From Pocillopora damicornis (lineage: Eukaryota), in the NCBI RefSeq assembly GCF_003704095.1, contig NW_020844142.1, positions 1 through 64,000 on the forward strand: DNA of 64,000 bases, in the 5' to 3' direction. The translations under genes were made by a program, and so were the position numbers. Below the pieces are notes generated by a model. That model searched no databases. It had not been told where the DNA came from and saw nothing but the letters and a program-made list of their open reading frames with translations. Below are positions 24,701 to 36,700 of this stretch, in pieces. The first letter of the stretch is position 1; each line of letters starts with the position of its first letter.

Positions 24701-27700
24701 AAGAATAGTAACACAGGCCAGTTTTCGCTGACCTGGTTATCACAGTTTGACCATTGATTCTAACATCTCACAATAAAAAAAGTCTAAGTCTACTGTATAA
24801 TCTAATAGCTATTGCAGTTTCAAATGAATCAGTGCACTTGCATTACGGAATCCCTAATATACTGGGATCATGCCATATAGAAATGAAACCGAAAAACCAA
24901 ACGTAAGGTAAGAAGTTCTTTTCTAATTCCATGCTTCTAGTTAACTAATTATCCATCGTGGGGAACTACTACTTTCAAAAATCCTGTTGCCATTGTGATG
25001 GTCTCTTTATTATGGTTGCTAATAGTTTATCACATCCAACAAACTTACTCCAGCATGAAATGCTGATATGTATGCATAAATGAAATTGTGAATTACCCTG
25101 CTCCCAATGAATTCTTAAGTAGTTTGAGTGTTTGGTTTAAGTGCTAGTGAAGCATTAATGTATATTATAGTTTGGCTGGTTATCAAATTGTTTAATTATT
25201 AAGATTTCTTTGAGAAGTTGAAATCTCCTTTCAAACCAGGTGCATAGTGTGGGCATATTTGGAACTTTTTTGGAGAAAGCAAAGTGCAATCGCACATTTT
25301 AGTAGAATTTTTGAAAAAGGTTTATCAAAAGCGACCTTTAGGAAAAATGAAGAAAGACAGATTCTCCATATTTATTGTTAGTGGCTCTTGAAAATCAAAC
25401 AATTTCACACACAGTTTCCAAGAGGAAACTCATCCTTTGAGACTTAGACTCCTAGAAAAAGTAAATTTCACAGATTTCACGAAAGAAGAGTAACAGATGC
25501 CTTGTAATGATCATTTAGCCAGCCATAGTGCATTTCATTAATATGTGTTTTCCTGATGTTTTCCTCTTTTCTTTTTCAGCACTCTACCTATCTTTTAAAA
25601 TTATTTTGAGTTGGGGAAGACAAAAGTGTAAATAGAAGTTTCGATATACCATGGCTTTCTATATCAAAGCTTAACATGATCTTAGTGCAAGTTTGGAAGA
25701 AAATTAACATGCAATACATCAGTCATTTTTCCTGGGAATTCTTACTCTCACATAACTCACTGAATGTTTCCTGTTGCAATAAGTAATAATCCAGGCACCT
25801 TCAGTAAAAATTTTACAATAAAAAGTTAAATAACCCTTATACCTTCCAACTTTACAATAATAATTTAGAATCCTTATAGTCATTTTACAAACTTTAATAA
25901 AAACACAACTGAGGAGCTTACTTTGATAGACCAGGAGCTTTACTAGTTCCCATTACAATGGCTATCTTGCAACGTGGGTCCCCTGCCCCTAAAAACAAAA
26001 CCATTCATACATCAATGCAAATCTAGTGGAGTGACTTACAATAATGAAATCATGCTCTTTACCACTACTCCACCACTTTGTTCCATTGATAACAATTTCA
26101 CTTCTAAGTCTGGTAATCGTGCACTCCATGTTTGTTGCATCAGACGAAGCCACACTTGGTTCTGAAATATTATAAAAGTAAGAGTAGCCACTAAGTCAAG
26201 TGACTTAAACATTTACGTACATGCATGCATACATACATACACCAAAACAAAACTACTGGTTTATTGTGTGAGTACACTTAAGGATTAAAGAGAAACAATT
26301 ACAGGCTAGTTTTCAATAGAATAAATAACTATATATATAACAATACAAATGTTTACCAATAAAATTACTACATACACAGTCTTAAAATTTTAACAGAAAA
26401 CATTTAAAAAGACAAATAGAGATCTTCATGTCACAGTAGAATAGCTTTTAAAAATGTGATCAAGATATACCTAAGAATTCTAATTTTCTGGCACTGCTTT
26501 TAAAAGCCTTCAAGGATTGCACTGTTCTTATTTTGTCTGGTGTTGCATTCCATAATTTTGGCCTAATGTACATCCAGGATTTTCAGCTAGAAGTCAATGT
26601 ATTAGTCTTTGACTGCTATAAGATATCAGCTCCTCTCAGGTTGTATTGTTTCTTGGTTTGTACAATTGTTTCTGTGTCAAGCAGTTTTCTAATGCTTTTT
26701 GGTGTTCATAATCACTGGTATGATAGATATTACAGATTATTTTTCCAAAACATTGACTTTCAAGTTATGCAGGGTTACTCTGTTGAGCAGTTGACAACAA
26801 AAGATAAAGTCTCTACTCAAGCAAAGAGGTCCTCTCCAGCCAGAGCTCATCCAAGTTTCCATAGCATTAAGCAACTTGGAGCATCACCAGCACCACCTGG
26901 ATGGGATGCTAGTCCATTGCAAGGTTATTGCAAGCATTTCTTTAGGCTTCCCTAACAATTTGCCAGTACCCATTTACACTCCTGGATGGACAGAGGCACT
27001 GAGAGAGTAAAGTGCTTTGCCTAAGAACACAACACATTGATGTGCCGAGCCCTGACTACTCAACCCAGAGTCAGTGCACTAAACCTTGGGCCAATGCATC
27101 TCCCACCACCTCTACCACTGTATTTGACTACAAGGTATCTGTTTGATTATTGAAGTGCTCTCTTCATGCAGTTTCCCTCACACCATTTATCAACATTAGA
27201 AAGATCTGCATTTAAATATCATGTTCAACTTTTTCTGACGTGCTATATTGGTATAAAATATGACTTTGCCAAACAGAGGGATTAATTAAAGAACTTTCTC
27301 AGAATCTTTCCTACACTAGTCAAAAAAATTAATTTTTCCTTAGAGCCATCCCACATGACAGACATTTGCACCCTACTAATTTACATTTAGTTTTACCAAT
27401 AGATACCTTAGCTAAAGCTACTTATAAATTTTAATGCACTATAGTAAGGAAATGTAAAATGTAGTGTTACCATTGTCATGGTTGAAGTTAGACATACTAG
27501 GCCATTGTACAGTTGTGTACTTAGTTGCCAAGCCTTTGATTTCGAGTGAGGATGAAAGTGACCTTGTTGTGATAGAGACCAGTATCTAGTTAGCATGATA
27601 ACAAAGTAATTTGTATTTGAAAAGCAGCAAGGTTTGTATCATAACAAGGTCACCCTTAGCCTCATTCCTCTTCAAAGGCTTGGCAACCAAGCACACAACT

Positions 27701-30700
27701 GTAAAATGGACTATTAGTTTAAATAATGAAATGAAACTAAGTTTTCAATAACTCAATACTTTCCCTTTATGCGGAGGACAGAGTTATAGGAATGAAATAT
27801 ATTACCTGTCATACAAAATGCTGACCTCACAGTCCCTTTCAGAAGAGGTTCAAGCCAGGCCTTCTTTTGCTCAGTTGTACCATATAAATGAAGGACCTCC
27901 ATGTTGCCAGTGTCTGTACAGAAACAGAAAAAAGAGAAGCTATTTAACTGAGAGAAGAGTGTAAACATATTCAAAGCCTCTTTGTGTAATCTTAACTTAT
28001 GTTTAGAGAGAGTATGCCTGAAAAAATTTCAGACTTTTTCAGTAATACTGTGCAAAAACCTAAGCTACAGACTGTCTAATGAATGAATGTCCACGATAAC
28101 ATCGGAACATAACTAACACAGGTATTGAAAACATGACCAAAGGCTTTTAATTGTAAGTATCCTAGCAGTTCTTGCAGTGAACACAAGAAATATGAGGAAC
28201 CTTTTGTCCATTAGGATTTCATATGTATAATATGTAATACATAAACCCTTAAAACCATTTCAAAAACCTTGAAATTTGAAAATGTATGTCAAGTAAATAA
28301 ACCTTTTCTTTTAATTGTCACCAAAAAGGTTTTTCTAACAGCCACTATTGTACTTTCCTTTTGACAAACTTATTGTCCCTATAATTTATTCTGTCTTCAC
28401 CTTTTCCATGGGAAAAGAAAACGTGTATATATTCCACATTTATTTTGAAATAGCAATGTTTTTGAAAAAGAATGTATAGCAAAAATTACAAATCAAGTGT
28501 ACCCATTCACAGAGAAGCCTTACCCTTAATTTTGAATGCTGCATGGCTATCACTAGTTAAACTGAGATATACGTTTGTATAAACATCATTGAAACTCCAT
28601 CATTTTTCCCTGTAAAATGTGTCTTTCACTGCTTGGTTGTTGGAGTATTAAGCCATTCTATATACCACAAATCTTCCCAAATGATTGACAACAACAACCT
28701 TTTCAGTTACCTAATAAATTATTATTTCAAGCAACCATTCTATGATTTTAGGTTGCCAAATTGCTATTTAACAAAAGTGAGCTTAGAGTCCTGAATAGTA
28801 TTGTTTGTGTTATAAATCTCCTATGTATATGCAGACAACTGCTTTCTTTACAAAACTACCACAAGTTTTCAATGTTTTCAATTGAAGATATGTTTCATGG
28901 TTACTCAATCTCATCATCAAAGTGATTTATAAAATGGCTTGAAATAACATGGATTGAAAGGATGTTTTAGTTTCGAAACACATAACTTGTGTACTTTTCT
29001 GTTATGTTTGTTCTGGTCTATTATTTCTTTGTTGGTTAATGATTATTACCTAATAAGTTTTTTTACTTCAATCAGTTTCATTTAAGCACATGTACCAGAT
29101 ATCATATTTCATATTTCATCGCTATAAGTTGCTGTTGACGCCACCAATTTTGTCTGCTATTCATGTACAATCCACTATCAGTGATTTATCTACAATCATT
29201 AGGAGCTAGACCAAAGTAAGTTTTTTTATTTATCATTTAAGATATTTCCTTTTTTTTTATACGTACATCGATTTATTTCTTGCTTTCAGTTCACTTTATA
29301 ACCGCTTCATTGTTAATTAGGCTAGTGTTACATTTCTCAAGGATATTTTCTTAATTAAGTTTCTGCTGCATTTTCTTTTAGTTCAAACCACACAAATTCA
29401 GCTACAATGTTACCATCAATCATAACTAAGCTATCTTCAATCTTATTTTTCCCTCTTCATCTGTGATTTCAAACCTATCTCCTTATTTTTGTTTGTAATT
29501 TTGATTATGTACTTCATTTGATTAAACCCTGATTTATATTGTACGTTAGGATTGTCTTTCCCGCTACACTAGTAACCTTTGAAGGTTACAGGATGAAGGG
29601 CCAAAGAAATGAACTCTGGTTGATGGAGGCATGTAATTCAATTAACCTGTACCCTTTTAGACACAAACTCTGTCTTTGCACATTTTATAGATATAGATAG
29701 ATCTGAATAGACTTTTGTAGATCCATATAGATCTATATAAAGCATCTTCTATTAGTAAGTAACCCATGAAGGTACCTGGTGCACTACAGTTGAAGACTTC
29801 TGCAGCAAAAGGACATCTTCCTGTAACCTCAGCTAGCATGGCATACTCAAGTTGACTTAAACCTGACACACTTGATAGAAAGAGGTTCCACAAACCTTCC
29901 CCTTGAGCTTTTTCCTGAGTGAAAAAAATAGATGATTTTGTTTACAAACCTGGAGAATTTCTTCCAATAAATAGAATCTTTTTCTTTAAAATGCACTAAA
30001 ATCCCCAAATTTTTCCTTTGATAGAGTTACCCAGATGCCATGGCAACTCTGTTTCTTTCAGTAGTAAGACTAGAGCTAAGCAATTAAAAGTAGCTGAAAC
30101 TACTATCACAGATTTTAAAAAGGTGGAAAATGTTTATGACAGAAAATATCAGCAGGTGTATGATTAAAGAAATTCAAATGACACAGTACCTTCAAATCTT
30201 CCATAAATGGAGGGACACTCCACTGGGTCGCTGGATTACTCACATGCTGATAGTAAGACTAACAAAAACATACAGTATAAGTAAAACTAGTTCCTTGTCT
30301 GACAAATGGAGGATGGGTTTCTGGACCTTAAAAGGAGCATACAAATGGCAAGTTAATCTTGTTAGCAAAGTAAGATGTCAGCTTTTCTATCACTGTGGCA
30401 ACCTGCTCTTGTTAATGGATTTAGTTCATAAGTTACAGACCCTCCCACCTTGTCTTATTCTGTTTAAGCAAAACTTTATTGTACTGATCATGACCATCAT
30501 TTTGCTAGAAAGGCACCCTCAGTTAGATTGAAAATCAGTCTGCAGTACATAATGTCAACTCTCTATCTTTGCTTTGAAGGTGGGGTTACATGAAGAGGTC
30601 ATGTTCTCTTGCATCCTGAGAGGATCAATATGCCATTAAACCAAACTAATATTAGATCAATTGCTCTAGTGATTATAGATGCACATGCTGTTAATGATTG

Positions 30701-33700
30701 AGGATTGCATGATATCTTGCCATGATCACCTCGCATAAGGTGATTACAGCAGGAGCCCTGTATTGCTTAGGGTGTAGGGTTAGGGTTAGGGTAGGAACTG
30801 ATGACTGTGATAAAGAAAGTTCAGTTCTGAAGAGCACAAAAGATGCCACTAGGTTTGGAGTAACAGTTCCCTGAAGAACGATGTAAAGTTTTTGCTGATT
30901 GAATAACATGAACCTGTTAAATTCCAGTGAAATTTGGCTCTTTACCTTGGTACAAGTAATCAAAACAACAGAATGGTTTCAACATTACAACAAAATTTGA
31001 AAGCACTTAGGTAGGTAATTATACTACAAAAATCATTCACCTCAGGTTCAGTGAATATTGTTGAATAATCCCCCTTGACTTAATCTTGGCAAGGGGATTA
31101 TTCAACAATTATGATGGTGCTTGATTGTTAAATAGTCTGAGGTTTTTCAAATAACTTTTGAAGCATCACTATATGTTATCATTGTTGGGTTTTGAATCAT
31201 CTATTCCAATTTTGGCATATTTCTAATGTTTCTTAACATAACCTTTAATTGTAATTATGACTTTTCTTAAGACAAACCTTACAAAAACAGTCTAACCCCA
31301 AAATAGTATAAATTGTTTCAAATAAGTTACTGGTTATTAGTTACTACCTATTATTGGTGCTAGACAATAGTAGTCAACCCAGTTCCTTTCTTTTAAAAAC
31401 AGATGACAAAGATGACAAAAGTCATGTCATGATACATGTTAAAGGTGTGATTTGTACAAATGGTTTATCCACTTACTTCTTCGGCTGGGTACACATACTT
31501 TTCCATAAAAGCAATCATTTTTTGATAGAGTCTTTGAGCCTTCAGGGATGGCTGGAAGATGGAGGACACATTCTCCATAGGCATGTTCAATTTACTTACA
31601 TGGCTTGCTCTCAAATAAGAAAGAAAAAGTAATATAGGTTGGAAAAGTAGTTAATGTTGACCTTTCATCAAAGAAATACTTTCTTTCAACAATGATTTGG
31701 TATAAAACAATGAATTAATGAACTTCTAAAATTGTCTTTAACCGAAGTTCCCAAAATTGGGTGTAAAGGTTGCCAATCAAGCTTTGTGGATCACATAGAA
31801 ACATTGATAATTTAGAGTAAACACAAATTAGTATAAAAGACTGCCAAAAAAATGTGGCATTGATTTTAACATAACTTTCACACATTTGGAAAAAAACTTG
31901 AGGAAATAAAGCTTTGTTTTTAAGCATAATAAGAAAGATGGAAAGTTTTGAGCTTGGTAGAAAAATAGATAAAGATGGTTTCCGTCTTGTCACGAGCGTG
32001 GAACAAAGAAAACATTCTGAGTCCCCATGAGGAATTGAACCCATGTCATATGGACTTCATATTGGGTCTCGCTCACTATAGAGTCTCTGTGGCTCAGTTT
32101 TTTTCTCATATCCCATGATTTGTGCACAAGGTGTGTTAAACATTCCTAGGACTTACTGGGCCTGAAGGGCCACCTTTAGTCCTGCACATGCCAGGGGTTC
32201 AACAAGATTTCCAAATAAAGAAGCATCTTCAGCACTTGCATTTCCATGGATGGCCCTTGCATAGATTCCCTGAAGGATACAATTTTCACTATGAATTGTG
32301 ATATATAAACACAGAATGCAATAGACCAAGTAACAGCTGGTCAACATGTCATCTATCACCAAGATCACAATTTGAGATCAAAATATTATGGTACTTCCTA
32401 ACACCTCCAATAACATAATCTTTTCTAAAAGTAGTTCCCTTGATTAAAGGCTCTTACTCAGAAAAGGTAAAATTATGGGTAGAGTTTTAAAAAGAAGGCC
32501 ACTTTTGGTGAAATAGAACATTACATGCAATGTTAACTCTGCTTTGTCCCTAAGTATCTGAAATACAGCACAATTTTCCACAATCAATTAGAGTTCAACA
32601 TGTTTCTTTCCATCTTGTGCAAAGTTATGTTCATAACATATAAATGCTTTCATTCAGATGTAGTAATACTACAGTAATGCTATATTTGCCATAATAAACC
32701 ATGGTTGTTGACAAATTGAAATGGCCCCTGATAAGTGAACAAGCTCTATCAAGTAGCTACATTTGGTCACTTTCTGAGTGGCTACCTACTAGGCATTTAA
32801 CTCTAATAACATTACCTGGGCTATGGCTGCCATTCTAAAAAATGATAATGCAATGTAAAAGTTCCAATGTTCATGGTGAATATCTCCAAGTCCTCTAAAT
32901 TTACAGTACAAAGAAATAAGATCCTTCTCTGTTGGAATTCCTGGAGCCAAGGACCCTGTAAAGAGAGACAAAAAGCTTTCTAATGCATTGCTTATCCACT
33001 CCATGTAGCACCCACTTTGGTAGCCATAACAAGTAAGAAAAAGGTTGGTGACTGAATATACAGTCAAAATTGCATTTCACCTCTAGTGGCAGGCACTCAT
33101 GAAGCAAGCAATCAAAAGACAAAACAAAAAAAGCAAAAACAAACTTTATTCAACTAGAGTAAACACTTAACAGTAATTCAACTGAGAAACTAGTGGCCTT
33201 CTATCCTAACAACAGCTGTAGTAATAAGTATATACAGAAACACTATCTACAGGTCTAATTTAGAGAGGAATAAAAAAATTGCAAAAAAAAAAAGGAAAAA
33301 AAAGAAAAGGTTGGACAGCTAAATAAACTCAATATGCATTCAGAGTGAAATGATCCAATTCATTGTATCCTGATAAAAAATGGCTATGGGTGGCCTTTCT
33401 AAAAAAGATTGTTAAAGCCCCAGCTTTCTTCAAAGTATTTTGTGGGGAGTTCCACGGAATTTGGTTTGTGGTGTTGTTATTAAAGGCCAGGAGACTTACA
33501 CGCTTATTGCAGTTTCATCGTTGAAAATTGTTGGTGACATGTCGTTTCGTCATGAGCTTTAGCCGCAAGCAGCTTACAGATCCCGTCGCTCGGCGAGTTG
33601 GAACACGCGTACGACAACCAAACCGTTCGCTGGATTTTGAAGCGTCTAACCTGGAAACACTTCGTTTAAAGAAAAATTCAAGGTCTGGTCACCTATCTAC

Positions 33701-36700
33701 CGTAANNNNNNNNNNNNNNNNNNNNNNNNNNNNNNNNNNNNNNNNNNNNNNNNNNNNNNNNNNNNNNNNNNNNNNNNNNNNNNNNNNNNNNNNNNNNNNN
33801 NNNNNGTGATCTATGTAAAGTGTACCACCAATTCCCCATTGATCCACATGATTATCATTTACTTGGTTATACATGGAACAGTCAAGTTTACTTTGACACA
33901 GTTTTAACCATGGGCCTCCATTCTACCATGATGGCATGTTAGTGTTCCACTCTTGCAGTTACTTAGATTCTCAACCAGCATGGCCTTAAAACATTTAATT
34001 ATCTCGAAGGCTATATTGCTACTTTCCCACCAACTTTGGCAACCTCTCAATTCCACAAGCTTAGAGAGTTGCTGTATCATCTCGGCTTGGAAGAATCTAG
34101 TGACAAATCCAGTCAAATCATCCAGCCCAACACACTGCAAACCCCATGAAGAGCTCCCCCAGTCACTCCTGAAGTCTTGTGTCAGATTTCTAAGGTTTTG
34201 GATTTTGAGAATGATCCTCTCTCATCCACACTGTTTTATTCCATTTTATAAACATTGTTTTTAATGGCACAATTAGCCAATATAGTACCTTGTTCCCATT
34301 AGTGCTTCAATAGTTCATGTCATCTTACTTGGAGAGATGTCACCACAAACCAACATGAGCTGATTGTTACTTTTAAATGCTCTAAGACTATTTATTGTAT
34401 AAATTGCATATTCCTTTGTTATGTCTGCCAGGCTCTCCTATATGGCCAGTTTCTTGGTCTACCTTATTCTGTTTGCCCAGTCATTACAGTCCCACTATCC
34501 TCACTCAAGCTAGTTTTATTGCCTAGTTTTATCCAGCGATTTCTGCTGCTGGTCTCCCAGATGCTTCGTTGTTTCTCAGTAATTCTTTTCATTATGGTGT
34601 AGCCTCTTGGGCCTTTAATCACAGCATACTGGGTGAACTCATACAGACATAGGGAGACTGGGCAAGTGATGCATATAAGGCTTATTTAGAATTTCGTGTT
34701 GAATCAAAGCTCACCTTTGCCCATCAGCTTTGTTTTGCTATTCTCTCTACTGCTCCATAGTTTCACAGTGAAAAGTTGCCTTTTTGGGGTGTTCCATATG
34801 GTGCAGAGTTATTGGTGGTTTTTTAACTTTTTGTTTGTACGCTTAATAAACTTCTCTGTGCCAAAAAGCAAATTGTGTCTCATTTGTGTCAGGCGGTGTA
34901 GTTGGGGAATTTACCCTCTTTGGACAAGCACATATTCAAAGGGATTAATTGTACAACACACACCTCTGGCATCAGGCTCTAAAAATTTCATGTTTCATTT
35001 CACACCAGTTTTCACTTCAAGCACACACCAGAGATTTTGTATTGTACTATTTCATTTTTTTCCCACCCACCCTCCAACCCTGGTTAATTTTGTATGATGT
35101 CATAAATGACAGAGAGGTTTATCAGGCATATCATGGGCTGTTGTTTACTTTTTGTTCATATTCTTAATAATCTTCTCTCTGTGCTGAAAAGCAAATTGTG
35201 TTTTATTTGTGTCAGGGGGCATAGTTAGGGAATTTGGAGTCCACGAATCTTTTGCTGACCAACTGGGAAGGAAAGCCTACTCATATTGTTTATTCTTCTG
35301 TGTAAGCTAAATTCAACTATCTAGTTGCTAAGGAATTATTTAAATAGAAAAGTATACCACCTTTGGTCAGGATGAATGGATCAAACTGAAAACCCTTTTT
35401 TAGGCATCCCAGCTTGCATATTTGAATGTTTGTGGCCCTACTAACAATTTACCACTTTTCCAACAGTTTTATCATATGCAAGTTATACTTTTATATACAA
35501 TTTTCACCATCAAAGTTATAAAAATATAGTTCATTCAAAAAAGGGCTCAAGTGCTCAGTTAATGGAGAGATATTTAAACACCAAAAGTTTATCCTACTTA
35601 GATGTGAAGTTGAATATTCACTTGTCAGGGTGTCAGGTTTCAGCAAGTTGTTTGAAGGTTATGTTCTCTCAAGTTATCTTTAACAATACACAAATGCAAC
35701 ATAAAAGGAGCAATTCAAAGAAAACAATGAGTGGTTACATAAGAGCTACACTGTACCTGTGCCTAATGAAAATGAGGACATGTGTCCAAGTTCCTTTGGC
35801 CAATGGTAGGGCAAGCAGCAATAGGCTAGATCAAGTAGAGGATCACCCAGAGTAGAGAGCTCCCAGTCTAACACGGCATTCACACATAACTAAAAAGATG
35901 GTCAATAAAATTTATATTTGGTATCCGCAGGTTATTCAAATCTACTTCTCTTTTTCACTGTCTGACATAGAAGTGGTTTAATTGAGTCAAAACTAAGGTG
36001 GAGAGGACAACTCAACCTTATTTTATTGACAAACAAGGACTAGCATATCAAGACTAGCACTGCAAGTTAGCTTAGATGAAGCACAGTGGTGCACCCTAGA
36101 TATACAACTAGTTTTTGCTGTGATGCAGAAACACTTGAAGAGTCTATAATGCATTCCATGTTATAGCACTTACATGTAGAAAAAAAATTAACCAAAACTT
36201 ACTCCATGTACTTCAATAAATATAAAAGAATGCAAATTTACCCTTCTACCCTAGGAGTGGAATATTGTTGTGATTAAAATGCAATGACAGTACAAACCTT
36301 CCTAGGATCAAAGATCAAATTGTCCAGTCTGAAATCTCCATGAACTAGAACTAAATAAAACAAAACCCACATGACTAAAATAAAATACTTTATTTAGGCA
36401 ATGGTAATTAAACTCGGTGGAGTGCAATTTGGTCTGAATTCACACACATAATTTGAAATCACAAGTATGATATCAGACAGAGATTGCAAAGACCAGAAAG
36501 ACATCCAATTCAAGAGTACAAACTTTAAGCACCAAAATAAAGGATTTTAGGCTTTACAAATACATCAGTGTTCCAGTAAGGAGACTGTTACTAAAATGGT
36601 TTAACCAAACTGATTCAAACAGTTAAACTGGTCCAACTAGATATAATAGTCCAACAGATAAAAAAAACCATTTAAGCAGAAAAAGTAACCCAACTCATCA

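Noticed and set aside
16666-25921. Nested host gene in a large ACAD11 intron (human ACAD11 hosts ACKR4)
   Set aside because: Only TE relics and short spurious ORFs found; no GPCR-like or spliced ORF recognised
30796-30830. CTGATGA...GAAA possible hammerhead
   Set aside because: No stem II can form; it is a simple inverted repeat
33900-34700. Possible Helitron/Pif1-like coding relic on the minus strand
   Set aside because: Too degenerate to assign without a homology search
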